From: Octopus vulgaris
Taxonomy: Eukaryota
Assembly (NCBI GenBank): GCA_951406725.2
Contig: OX597830.1
Coordinates: 58,032,001 to 58,096,000 of the forward strand
Direction: 5' to 3'
Length of the DNA stretch: 64,000 bases
Position numbers and translations under genes: made by a program. Shown here one piece after another: positions 1 to 13,905 of the stretch (positions are counted from its first letter, which is position 1; every line of letters starts with the position of its first letter). The notes below the pieces were generated by a model that had not been told where the DNA came from, made no database searches, and worked only from the letters and a program-made list of their open reading frames with translations.

Positions 1-174
1 TTTGTTCCTTTTATAATTTTTATCAAAAGAAATGAAAAAAAAGAATATATTAAAAACAAGCAATAAAGCCCCGCAACGGTTTCTAGTTAGCAGTGGGAGG
101 GACTGAGGGGTCTTTCCATGGAATGGAATTCATGAAGTATTTGGATGGTTCCGTAGATATAACTGGTAGTTTCT

Positions 175-188
175 GTTACCATGGAGAT
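175..188. promoter_or_regulatory. RFX X-box motif
   Basis: GTTACCATGGAGAT; reverse complement ATCTCCATGGTAAC fits the RTHNYYWTRRNRAC consensus. Intronic position, function untested. Confidence 0.35.
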
Positions 189-971
189 GATTTAATTAAA
201 TGTCACAGGTGAATTCTGTGAAAGTTGAGTTGCCAGAATAAAGGAGTAGTGAAAGCAGTTCCGTGTTGTTGCTGCTGTGTAGAGACAAAAGTGTGTTTAA
301 GGAGTAAACTGCTGCACGGAAGCAAAACATTGGCAGGGGACAAAAAGAAGGAAAAAGGAATCAAGTGAATCTGGTTGGCTGAAAGCAAAATGTTGTTGCA
401 AGCGCAGAATGTGAAAGGGCTGAGAGGGTGGGGTGGACGGGGGTGGATATGAAAGGTATCAATGGATGAGTGGACTGGTATGGAGATGCGAGAGGAAAAG
501 GATGTGTAGTAGAGGAGGAAGAGAAGGAGAGAGGAAGAGAAAGGAGGAGGTTGACACATCTGACCTCTTGTTCTTACAGTCCCTGGTCATCTCCTTCATG
601 TGGTTCAGCCTCCAAACAATAATTTCCATGCTTCTCTTAGTTTTCTTTTCCCACTGTTTCCTTCCATTTGGATCCCTTTTGGCACTTCTCGGTGCCACTG
701 CTATTATTATTCTTTATATGTACCACATGTGGGTCCAATTGTCTGCTTCGGCATGGTTTCTACAGCAGGATGCCCTTCCTATTGACAACCACTTTGCAAT
801 GTGGACTGGGTGCTTTTCACATGGCACTAACCAAGAAAACCTGAGAGAGGAAGGCTTTATAGTTCAGAGTGGAGAAGAGAAGAGAAGAGAAAAGTTATCC
901 CTGAGCTCCGCAGGGAGTGAAGGACTTAAGAAGGGAACTACAATAATGGTTCCTAACTTTATGTTACTTAC

Positions 972-1080
972 CAGTGTTATATGCTGGATGCCGAACTGTA
1001 TATGAGACTCCATCGAGGTGAATAGATTGGTGTAGAGATTCTGCTTCACGTGTATCCCACACGAGGATAGAGCCATCAAC
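972..1080 (-). CDS. DYNC2I1: WDR60 exon VDGSILVWDTREAESLHQSIHLDGVSYTVRHPAYNT
   Basis: 109 nt, phase 0-1, CTTCAG acceptor, GTAAGT donor; GSxxVWDxRE motif typical of dynein intermediate chains. Confidence 0.9.
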
Positions 1081-4000
1081 CTGAAGCAGAGAACAGGTGA
1101 CATTAAGAGATATAAACAGGAGTGGCTGTGTGGTAAGTAGCTTGCTTACCAACCACATGGTTCTGGGTTCAGTCCCACTGCATGGCACCATGGGCAAGTG
1201 TCTTCTACTATAGCCTTGTGAGTGAATTTGGTAGACAGAAATTAAAAGAAGCCTGTCGTATATGTGTGTGTGTGTTTGTATGTGTGTCTGCCTGTCCCCC
1301 ACCCCCCATCACTTGACAACCAATGCTGGTGTGTTTAAGTCTCCATAACTTAGCGGTTCGGCAAAAAGAGTCCGATAGAATAAGTCCTCGAGTTGATTTG
1401 CTCAACTAAAAGGTGGTGCTCCAGCATGGTCGCGTCAAATGACTAAAACAAGTAAAAGAATAAAAGAATATACCTTCTGAATTATATATATATTGAGACT
1501 CCCTTCGATCATGGCTGACCGTGGGATTGCACCCAGACAGTTACCCTCTCAGGCACAAGTCCAGGCAAGATTGTTTATGGAAGACCAGCAGTCGCCCATG
1601 CATACCAGCCTCCCCTCTCCACGCCACCAGTGTTATCCAAGGGAAAGGCAAAGGGGCCGATACAGCTTGGCACCTGTGACGTCACAACTCATTTCTACAG
1701 CTGAGTGAACTGGAGCAACGTGAAATAAAGTGTCTTGCTCAAGAACACAACATGCAGCCTGGTCCAGGATTCGAACTCATAACCTCACAATCGTAAGCTC
1801 GACGCTCTAACCACTGAGCCATGTGCCTTCATATATATATATATATTATGTTCTCGTTTCTCATTTTGTCTACATTTTTTTTTATGTCCTGTACCCATAC
1901 ACGCATGTATATATACATATATATGTAGGTATGTACACATATAAAAGTTCTCCCAAGCCGTACAACCTATTGTCCTGTCAAAAGGGAATGCTGATTAATG
2001 CGTTTTCCGTTTGCCCCATGCCATTCCTATATCATAGGACGTTTAAGTAAACAAATGTGACCTATATTAACTTAGCTATAGTTAAAATGGTACATTCATT
2101 TTCCTAGCTAGTCTGTATCATTAAAATACCAGCAGTTTATAAGAAATATCAGTGAGAGTGACTAACAGGGAGTTGGCTGACCGGCTCAAACGAAATGCCA
2201 GCTTGATTGAAGTAACGTCACAGAGGGACAACTAATGGAATTCCACCAACGATACAGTTGTCTCTTCCCACCACTCTCTTACTTTCTCACTAACTCACTT
2301 TCTTTTCTACAACATCACTCAGTCTCTTTCACCACCTGCTCCTGCTTGAATGACCCAGGACACATAAGTCTTACACTATCCACTTGTTAAACTTACAGTC
2401 ACTCTATCTGCCTCTGATCCCTATTTTAGCATCAAATAGTTAAACCCGAAAACAGCAACAGTCATGCAGGAGGACATAACTCTTGTTACCTCACATGCTT
2501 TCCAACTTATATTATACACATTTTTATTTCTTTATTACCCACAAGGGGCTAAACACAGAGGGGACAAACAAGGACAGACATAGGTATTAAGTCGATTACA
2601 TCGACCCCAGTATGTAACTGGTACTTAATTTATCGACCCCGAGAGGATGAAAGGCAAAGTCGACCTCGGCGGAATTTGAACTCACAACGTAACGACAGAC
2701 GAAATACGGCTTTAATTATATGCAACGGTGCCAATAAATATTTGATCCACAACTTTGGCCACTGTCTTTCTTTCCTGGAGTCATCATTATCATCTTCGCT
2801 TTCAACATAGACAACAACCATTACATTCTGGTAACCAGTCCGTTACATGCAATTGGTGACCCTGAGGCTAGCAACCCATTACAGATGGTGGCCCTGAAGT
2901 TAACAACTTGTTATGATTGGTGAACCCAACATTAACAACCTGTTATAGATATATACACTTCATCATCATTTAATGACTGTATTCTGTGCTAGCATGGGTG
3001 GGGCTACACATAAATACATACAAGACACACACACACCATTTTGCCTCGAGTACAATGCAATCTTGAATAAAATATGACTTTATTCTTTGTAAACTAACAA
3101 TCATCATCATCATTGTCCATGCTGGCATGGGTTGGATGGTTTGACCAGGGATGGCAAGGCTGGAAGGCTGCACCAGATTCCAGTCTGATATCGCATGGTT
3201 TTCTATGGCTCGATGCCCTTCCTAATGCCAACCACTCTGAGAGTGTAATGGGTGCTTTTATGTGCCACCAGCACAGGTGCCATTTGCATGACACCAGCGT
3301 ATGTCTACGTGCCACTGGTACAGGTGCCAATCAGAAATATATCTTTTATCCTTTCTCTTTTTGTTCCACTCATGTATAATGCTATCCATTAGTTTTGACT
3401 TTGATGCTTTGTACTCAATTTCTCACATTATACACAAGAAATAGGGTTTGTGTGTGTGTGTGTGCATGTGTAAACAAGTTTGTATATGTTTCTCTTTGTC
3501 TCTGTGGTTTAAGTAAAGAGAATATTTAATACTTACACAACCAGCAAATGTTAATTTAGAACTTGAAGGACCAAAACAGCAACAACTAATTTGAGATTCA
3601 CTTGAAAGAATTCTGAAAAAAAAAAAAAAAGCCCAAAACAAGAAAACAATTACAAGAAAATTTCATAGAATTATTTTTGTTGGTAACAGGAATAGTGAAG
3701 CTATGAAGTAAAACATGTTTTCAGCAGGATGTAAAAATAATTATTCAAGGATAGCCCTTACACTTAATTTTGTCAATCCCCTTGCTCTTTAAGCCTCATT
3801 AATCCAACCCAATATTCCTGGAAAGGAAAATACTTATTTTTCAATAATCCATAATGATATATTTTCTACCGAACCAAATTTGAGGGTTTTATACTATCAA
3901 ATTCGATATGGCAGTTGAATTGAATCTCCCTTAATTTACAGTCTATCCTACCAACTTAAAAATATGACACATTGTTTAAGGAAGTTGTAGATACAGTATT

Positions 4001-7000
4001 CCTGATTAACTGAAAGCAAAGTAATGACTTGACCACCTTTGATCATACGTCACTTCGGCAGGCCTGAGCAGTCCTTGGACCAAATTGTGTTAACATATTT
4101 CTAGCTTAATTCCCACTAAATTTCAAAAAAATAGTTGTGCAATAGTTGTTGTGAAGGTCTTTTGCTGGTCAGAGTTAACCATTTAACTGCTCCTGGAATA
4201 TTCCGCCTCAGGAGGCTTGCCTCCCCTATATACAAGTGTTTCCCTCTCTGTAGCATTGCCATTTTCTAAAGGAAAGGTAAATAAATTTTGGCAGGAATTG
4301 CTTTCACCAAAGAACAGGTACCAAAAGGCAACTCCTCTGATGCTCCAATCATTTCAATAATCCATCACTCTGGACTGATACATTTTTACCGACCCTGGAT
4401 GGATGACAGGTGAAGTTAGCCTCAATGTGATTTTGAACTCAGAGCACAGAGTTAGAATAAATACTGCAAGGGGTTTCATTATGACCCCTAATGTCTGCTA
4501 ACACATCACCTTGCATGTTATTACTTATTATTAGGATGTTGTTTTATCAATGTATGTGTTTTATGAAGGTGTGTGCATATTTGGACACCTTCACTTTGGA
4601 GCCCTTTTATGCGGGGGGGGGGGGGGCATTTAGGAAGTGGCTGGAATGCTACAACAAGTGTATTGAAGCCCGAAGATTCTACTTTGAATGAGATTAGAAT
4701 TTTATACAGCTTTGAAATGAATAAATGTCTCTGCTGAAAAAAATCTCAAAACTTCTGGAATGTACTTTGTATATATGTGTGTGTGTGTGAGTATGTGCAG
4801 TGGCCATACTTGACCACACCCGGCTCTGGGCAGATACCCTCTTCCAACCCCAACTCAGAGTAAGTGTTTTGGTCTTTCATCCACACCAAATTCAGGACCA
4901 TTTTTCCTAAATTTTATTGCTATTGTTGTAATGTCCTCTCATGAATTAATAAAGAATTTACAAAAAAACTGGAAAACTCACTTGGCTGGCTTTGAAGGCT
5001 GTTTAAGGTCCCAAACGCCAAGAAAATTCCTACCATTAATATTATCTTTGGTTTGTGCCTAGAAAGAAAAAAACCAAAAAAACCCCGAAAGTATGTGAAG
5101 TACCAATGAAACTGATAAATGTGAATCAAAGAGGAAACCTATATGTGGTTGCTTGATCTGCTAGACATAACAATCATACTCCCTCAGATCATACAACTCT
5201 ATAGTCCTAAAGACATTAGCTGGTGTAGTTTTCTTGAGGCAGTGTTTTATGGCCAGATGCCCTTCATGTTAACAACCTTTTCAGGTCACCTTTTACAGCT
5301 ATGAAGAAACAATGTACCTATTCTAAAATCAGGAAATACATGGTCAAAAAAAAGACCAACTTTAAAGACTAAGAGAAATGTTCTTGTTTTATGTTGTTTA
5401 ACCCAAGGTCAATAATAACTGAGTATGATCCATGATCAAAAGCTTATAGATTATGCAGGACTAAAAACTGGTATTGTTTATGTTGTGCTCTTGTCTGTCC
5501 TATAACAAAGCAGTTTGATGAATGGAGATTGATAAAATGAGTACCAGACTGTGTAAAAGTACGAGGGTTGATGTTATGGACTTTGAAGTTGGTGCCCCGT
5601 TCTGGCAGCAGTTGCATGACAAATCAATGAGTGACAATGCACGTACCTTATACATTTTGATGTCGTTGTGGACAGTCATGAGAAAATCTGTGAAGTTGGT
5701 GCTCGAACAACAGCAATGCATCACACTCTGCTCTAAACGTTACAAAGAAAGAAGAAAACGATTTCAAATATTGCTTTAACATATTTTTAGATTTATATAT
5801 ATTTTTTTTTATTCATATGTTTATATCATATATTTTTGTATCTTTCCATTTAGAGAGATTACATTCTTGCCAAGAAACAGGACAGAAGGGCTATTCATCA
5901 TCATCATCATCATCATTATTTAACATCTATTGTCCATGCTGGCATACGTTAGATGGTTTGACCATGGCTGGTAAGCTGGAAGGTTGTACCAGACTCCAGT
6001 CTGATTGTGAATAGAAAACCTCTCCTGGTGAAGAATGCACTACACAACATAGGTGAACGGCTGGTGACTTGAGAGTCAGAGCTGGACACACAGAAGCAAA
6101 AAAGGACAGAGAGAAGGAAGATATGAAAACTAAAAGATCCTGCAATTGGGAATAAATTTAGGGAAGTTCTAACTGATGCATATGATTGTCAAGAGTAAGG
6201 TTTAGATACCTGTAGCATAGATGACAGGTGAGAATTTTTATGAAATAACCTGCTGAGGACTACAGAATAGACATGTGGCTGGGCTAAAATCCCTGCCAAA
6301 CCTAAATGTTACAAGGCAATGGGGATGATACGGTTGATAGAGTGGTAAAAGCTAAGAAACAGGCTTGAAAAATCTGGAAAGAAAGTGATTGTAGGGAACA
6401 TTACCAAATGGCCAGAAGGGCAGCCAGGCAACAGGTATCCTTGGCTAAGGGTGAAAGTATTTTCCATTATTCAAGTGTATAGCTGTGTCTTGTGATTGTC
6501 ATTATGCCAATAAGATTTGTTTCAACACGTGATTTCACATCAAGAATCTTGCAAACCAAATACCAAACACAAAAATATAGATTTGTAAGAAAAAAACTTG
6601 TATAAAACAATAATAAAGTTATTTCATTTCAAGGAAAATCAATCATACTTACTACCAAACAAAGGACATATACTGAGAGTGAAGTAACCTGTGCAGAATG
6701 CAAGTTGTGAAGAATTCTCAGAAGTGTTTACCATCAAATTATTGTCAGGTAGTTCCTCTTCTAACAATACTGACATCACCTAAAGAAAAAAAAAAAAATT
6801 CTTTCTTCGATAAAAAGATTATTATTGTTGTTATTGTTGTTATTAAAATCAGGACTAGGAGAATGGATTGACAGAATCAAAAAATTGAACAATATACCAT
6901 AGTATTTCTTCTGGTTCTTACTGTTCTTGGTTCAAATCTGCCTTTCATCCCTCCAGCTTGAAAATACCAGCGAAGTCCTTATTTTATCAGGCTTTTCCCC

Positions 7001-10000
7001 CAAAATTTCAGGCCCAGTGCCTGTGTTAGACATAAAGTCAAGGTGTTAGATTTGTAGAATCATTAGTGTGTAGGGCAAATACCTTATGCTATTTAGTTAC
7101 AGCTCTTTGTATTCTGAGTTCAAATCCTGTCAGAGTCAACCTTGCCTTTCATCCTCCTAGGATCAATTAAAATAAGTATCAGCAAAGTGTTGGAGGGTCA
7201 ATATAATGGACAACACTTCTCTCAGCCAAATCTGAAGTCTTCTGGCCATGGTTGGAACAATTAATAAAGCCAGAGTTGTTGTTGCTTAACCTCATGTTGC
7301 TGTGATGGAGTAGAACTATGATTGAAGGTATTCCAGCGGTGACCATCTCTCCTTCATTGTTCTTGGCAAGTATAGCATACTCCAAACTACATTATCCAAC
7401 GTGTCCTTTCTTTTCAGAGATGATGAAGTGTGACTTGGGGAACTTTAGCTGCTATTTCAAGCTGGCTGATCAACCATAGAGAAGCTCCTTTATTGACTCA
7501 TGTTAATCTTAGTCAATTCACTTGATCCCACTGGTACTTCATTTGGGACCTTTTAACATTTTAATTATAGCTGTTGTTGTTGTTGTTGTTGCTTCACTTC
7601 CAAGTGGTCTTTGATCAAAAGCATTCCAAAAGTGACCAACTTCGTACTGGGAGGTCTATGATTATATTCTTTTCCTAAGACAGTAGGTTATAATTTGAGA
7701 GAGAGATCTGGCTGCTATTTCTAGAAAGCCAAACAACAAGGTAGAGGTTACCTTGTTAGGGTAAAGTGTACTAGTGTAGCCAGTCGACTTTTTTATTGGC
7801 TTGGAGTGGAAGATGGAACTCTACTCATAGAATTTACAGGAAATCTCAGTATACCAAAAGTAAACTAATGTTTTATTGAGCTTATAGAAATGAAAGACTA
7901 TTCATATCACAATAAGTTGGTGATGAGGTACAAAAACAATGTGAAGACTGTTCATTCTTGGTTCAGTTTATTACAGTCTTCCTAAATTTCTCTGTTTTGA
8001 TTGGTTCTGGTCAGCTTTGCTTGGTTCTAATTGTAGCAACGAGATAACCAGTTCAAGGAGTTGCAGGATTGTTCACATGTCTTGGACCCCAGGTATGCTA
8101 AACTCCAGCTTGTTTTGGGACCGTTGTATGCTCTCAGCCAGACAGTGATTAAGTATAATTAGGGTTGAATATTCATGTGCTGTGATTAATATTAATTAAG
8201 TTTATTTATTCACTGATTATCCACAACAAAGATTATCCATATAGGTGCAGGTCTGGCTGTGTGGTAAGAAGTTTGCTTTCCAACCACAGGGTTCCGGGTT
8301 CAGTCTCACTGTGTGGCACCTTGGGCAAATAGCTTTCTACTATAGCCTTGGGGTGACCAAAGCCTTGTGAGTGGATTTGGTAGATGGAAACTGAAAGAAG
8401 CCCATTATGTGAGTGTGTAACTTTTAAGATTTACATTCGTTTCTCTTTTATATACGACAGAGTGTGAGCACCCTGAGAGAAAAGTTGGACATAAGAAGCA
8501 TCAAATGTGGTGTGCAAGAGAGACGACTGCGCTGGTATGGTCAAGTGTTATGTATGGATGAGGACAGCTGTGTGAGGAAGTGCCACACCCTAACTGTGGA
8601 AAGAATCTATGGAAGAGGTAGACCTAAGAAGACATGGGATGAGGTGGTGGTATGACCTTCAAATGTTGGGCCTCACAAAGGCAATGACAGGAGACAGACC
8701 TTTGGAGATATGCTGTGATTTTAGAAGACCCGACAACTAAAGTGAGATCGTAGCCATGGCCAATGCCAGTGTTGCATGTCCGGCCTATTTAAGAGTACCC
8801 TTGATGTGTCAGGCAATATGATATGCTTGAGAAGACCTGTTGAGTCAAGTAGAACCAAAATTGTAGCGGTGGCCAGTGCTCCCTGACTGGCTTCCATTCT
8901 GGTGGCATGTAAAAAGCAATATCCGAATGTGATCGATGCCAGGGCCACCTGACTGGCTCCCATGTCGGTGGCATGTAAAAAGCACCCACTACACTCTTGG
9001 AGTGGTTGGCATTAGGAAGGGCATCCAGCTGTAGAAACACTGCCAGATCAGATTGGGGCCTGGTGCAGCCTCCTGGCTTCCCAGACCCCAATCGAACCGT
9101 CCAACCCATGCCAGCATGGAAAACGATGATGATGTATGATGAAGAAGATAAAGCAAGTTAAACATAATTACCCTCGTGGCATGAAAGAGAAATTTGTTGA
9201 GTCTGACAGAGTCGAATTCAGTCTTGGAGATTTGATTCCCCACCTCAGAATGGTTTAATTGGTTACCTACAATGATTTATTAATAGGAGAGAAAAAAATG
9301 AAAATTAAAAGAAAAATGCATTTGTTAGTGGTATGAGGGAAGTATGAGATAATTAAATAAAAATATTAAAAGAATTTAATAAAAGTTGCTTACCTCCAGC
9401 AGAATCATGTCCACTTGGAGGATACTGTGTCCATTTATCAACCATCTCAGTCTCTTCTGTTTGGATGTCTCGGTCAATAGAATCATCTCCAGTTTGGACA
9501 AATGCCTGGGAATACAAACACATACACACACATATATATATTTGTTGTAATAATGGAGTTGAACCAAATAATGATATTTGGAAATCATTTCATATGTAAT
9601 ATCTCTTATTCCTCAATCCAGCCCTCACTGTATCACTGCTACCCTCTTGTCCACCAACTCCTCTATATACTCACGTTTCACCAGTCACTACATTCCCCCC
9701 AGCCACTCCATGCATTCATGTGAAGTACCTACTCCCTATTCATGCACCCTTGGCAATACTCTGCCATCCTATTTACATTCTGAGCCCTACCCCATACCTT
9801 GAGGCTAGGGTCCTGGCACTTTTCCACCATCTCTCTGTATCTCCTCTACAGTGTAAGACACCTGTTTCTGTCCTTCTGTCATAACCTGGCACAAGGCCAC
9901 CTCCCCCAATGCCCCTCCCTTCTCTCAAAGGATCTTTGACTTGCAAGTTACTTGGTGACTCTGCCAGTGCTGGTGACATGTAAAAAGCACCCACTCTACC

Positions 10001-10521
10001 CTGTAAAGTGGTTGGTGTTTGGAAGGGTGTCCAGCCATAAAAACCATACCAAAACGGGTCTTGCTGGTGCCACATAAAAGAGCACTCAGTCCATTCTGTA
10101 AGGTGGTTGGTATTACAAAGGGCATCCAGTCATAAAAATCCCCCCAAAACAGACAGTGAAGCTTAGTGCAGTCGTCTGCCTTACCAGCTCCAGTTAATCA
10201 TCCAACCGTTACCATGGAAAATAGACATTAAATGATGATGGTGATCATGATGATGATGTAAGTTTCAAGTTTGCATGATGGGAAATGCATCCATTATGTA
10301 AACCTTCCTCAGAGAAAACATTTCAAAATATCTCTATTTGGTTTGACTTCATTATTGCAATTAATACTACTCGATGCCAGTACAAACTTGTCAGTCTTCA
10401 TTCCACTTATGCAGATACTTGAACAATGATTTGGTGTAGTTTATTATCTTTCACTCAAGTCAAAAATCCTGGTGCCACCGTCCAACCCATGCCAGCATGG
10501 AAAGCAGATGTTAAACGACAA

Positions 10522-10554
<33 letters not shown>

Positions 10555-11615
10555 AAAAATAGTAGTTGAAAATGCACTGAGAATAATTAGAATATTTTTT
10601 ATTAATATATTTAAAGCTTTAACTGGTTTCACAGTTTACACGGATTTTCAAAAGTTCAAATAGAAAGATGTGGCTTATGTTGTAGCTGTCTTGCTTTTGA
10701 CTAGTGTTTGAAGCTTGACCTATTTTTATAGGATGTCAAGGATGTAATGAAGATTACATAGGTCAAACAAAGTTTACTCTAAGAAACAGACCGACCATTC
10801 ACCGACAACAAATACGAGACACCAGTACTAGACAGATTCCACTGAGTGGACACATAGACATATGTGCAAAAAAATAAGTCTCCCAAATTCCAGGTCTTCC
10901 CACTCTACTTATATTCAGTGAATACCACAGATGAAGCATGGATAAACAGAGAATACTTTCATATAAAAGTAAAAACCCAGACTTAACAAACTTTAACAGA
11001 ATACACACACAAATAACTATTCACACACAAAACTCATTCTACCACTTAACATGAAGAACCTCCACAGCTAACAATCTAAACTTTAGCCATTGGACTACAT
11101 ACATACGACTCCCACCAGAAAGATTAAATTTGGAGTGTCTTGATTATAACTAAACATGTTCACTCAACTGTGTCTGCCTTCTTTTTAGGCGCAAAATATA
11201 CTGTCACATGACACTAATGCACGGACATGGGGTCAACGTATGAAAGGTTATACACTTAATCATGTGTTCATTCTCTACAAACACTTAACAGAAAACATTC
11301 AGAGCATTGATTGTTTGGACTTGTTCAGTCAACCGTGTCAGCCTTAACTTATGACGCCAAACATTGTCACTTGATACTAACACATGGACATAGTTGGGAA
11401 GCCACAAAAATTTCTAAGACCAGTCATGTGACTATCCTCTACCAATCAAATCTTATTCAAAACATACATTAATTTGAGCCATGAACTCCCTATAAAAATA
11501 GAGCAAGGTTCAAACCCTAGTCAGAAGCAAAACAGTTGCGACATAAGCCACATCTTTTTATTTCAAATTTTTGAAAATCAGTGGAAACTGTGAAACTGGT
11601 TAAAGCTTTAAGTAT

Positions 11616-11662
<47 letters not shown>

Positions 11663-12530
11663 TTTTAACTATTCTCAGTGCATTTTCAACTTCTGTTTTT
11701 CATATATTTCTACCTGTGCGGAATAAAATAACTTTGTTTTCTATTGTAAAAAACAAAACAAATGAATATGAAATACACATTTCCATAATCTACAGCTGCG
11801 TGCATCTGCATAAGTGTGCATGTGCATCTGTTATGCATGTATCTGCACAAGTGTACATGTGTGTGTGTCTTATGCATGTATCTGAATGAGTGTGTGTGTG
11901 TGTGTTTGTTAGTCTTAAGTTATTTGCGTTACAATTTGACAGACATTTTTTATGGCATCGGCAATGATTTTGAAAAAACCATTGCCGATGCCACATGTAT
12001 ACGTGAGGGATGGACTTCTTCAAGAGAATCAACCCTAATTTATGACAGGTAATAATTTTATCAATTACAGAGGGATGAAAGACAAAGATAACACTTGTAA
12101 CATTTAAACTCAGAATATAAAAGAACAAAGCTAAATTCTATTAGATTCTCTGCAATGTCCCATGGTTTCTGCCATTTCAAAACTAAAAGAATAATGCCAA
12201 ATGACAATACTTGTGTGCAAAGATGTATTTTAGAGAAACAAAAAAGAAAAAGAAACAATGTAAAATAAAGGATTGTTGTTGTTGCTCAGCCTCAAATCAG
12301 TTGTGATCAATTAGACAACTTGTGATTAAAAGGTCTTCCAGCTATGACCATCCAGTTGGTTCTGTTTTCTCAGACATACTATATTTTAGATTATATAATG
12401 TATCCTTACTTTTTCAAGTGAGTAGGGTGTGGGTTGAAGAGTATTTGCTGCTGTTTCTAGCAGATCAAATGGTCATGTAATCCAGTTAGAATTTAGGGAA
12501 ATACTTTAAACACGCAGCTGCTGCCAGTCA

Positions 12531-12568
<38 letters not shown>

Positions 12569-13859
12569 GTATATAGACCATCATCATTTAATGTCCACTT
12601 TCCCATGCTTGCATGGGTCAGGCAGAATTTTTCTCTGGCCAGACATTTTTTTCATGGAAGACTGGAAAAAAACCTCACTTGTGTGACAATGATGCTCATT
12701 TACAACCATCACGAGATGTTTAGACAAACAGGGACACACACACACACACACACATGTACAAGACAGGGTTCTTTCTGTTTCTTCAGAGGTATTCCTCTTT
12801 ACATATCATCATCAGCATCATCATCAAACATCCATCTTCCTTGCTTGCATGGGTAGGACAGTTGACAGGAGCCGGCCAGGTAGAAGACTACCCCAGGCTA
12901 CTCTGTCTGTTTTGGCAGGGGTTTTGTATGGCTGGATACCCTTCCTAACAGCAACCACTCAAATATACACACATATGTGTGCGTGTGTGGGGCATGTCAT
13001 GGAATCAATTGCCAACAAAAGTTGATGCATTCCTGCAAATGAAGTAATCTAAAGATGACATTTATCTGATAAAACAAGAATCATTCCCAGCTGACACTGG
13101 TTTCTAACGGATTTAGGAAATCAATACAATGAATTAAATCATCCCCAACACTTGACAAGCCCTTTAATTTATTGATGCCTATGAAAGAAAGAAAAAGTTT
13201 CAAAGCAGAACATGAAGACTTCTAAACTAAATATTCTTTTCTATTCTAGGCACAAGGCCTGAAAATTTGGGGGAGGGGGCCAGTCAATTAGATTGACCCC
13301 AGTATGCAAATGGTACTTAATTTATCGACCCTGAAAGGATGAAAGGCTAAGTCAACCTTGGTGGAATTTGAAGTCAGAACGTAAAGGCAGATGAAATACC
13401 GCTGAGCATTTTGCCCGGCGTGCTAACGATTCTGCCAGTTCACCGCCTTACTTATAAACTAAATATTACAAAAGCTAAGTGTCTGACTCTGTATCAGGTT
13501 TACTAATTAACTGCCTGTTTAATTAGTACACCTTGCATGGGTAGAAAGCTTCAATATGTTGGTGGGGGCTGGGGGGGGGGGGTAACAGAAGAGCTAATCA
13601 ATCAGAAGTACTAATAACTTGTACTGATTATAGTGACTATCATACACGCCCCCATCACACCCCACCACACCTCTATAAAAGGATAAAGATGAAGTCAACC
13701 CTTAGATGGATTTGAACTGGGAATGGAAAGGGACATCACTAAAAAGAGCAAGGCATTCAGTATGACTCCTTCATTTAGCCCAGTCATTAGTTTACTTAAT
13801 TAATAAAAGCTCAGCTCAGTATACACTGTTTATTTTTAGCTCTTATTGTTACTGATTGT

Positions 13860-13905
<46 letters not shown>

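Noticed and set aside
433-1005. 190 aa plus-strand ORF
   Set aside because: Patchwork of purine tracts, an RTE-tail remnant and antisense WDR60 exon; no recognisable domain.
1750-1828. tRNA gene
   Set aside because: The A/B-box head continues into SINE body sequence that recurs in the window.
7774-8228. Possible solo LTR (also about 2150-2495 and 52130-52580)
   Set aside because: TG..CA-like ends only; no TSD, PBS or second copy visible.
10207-10220. X-box-like GTTACCATGGAAAA
   Set aside because: Arises from a mutated RTE tail (CCATGCCAGCATGGAAAA).
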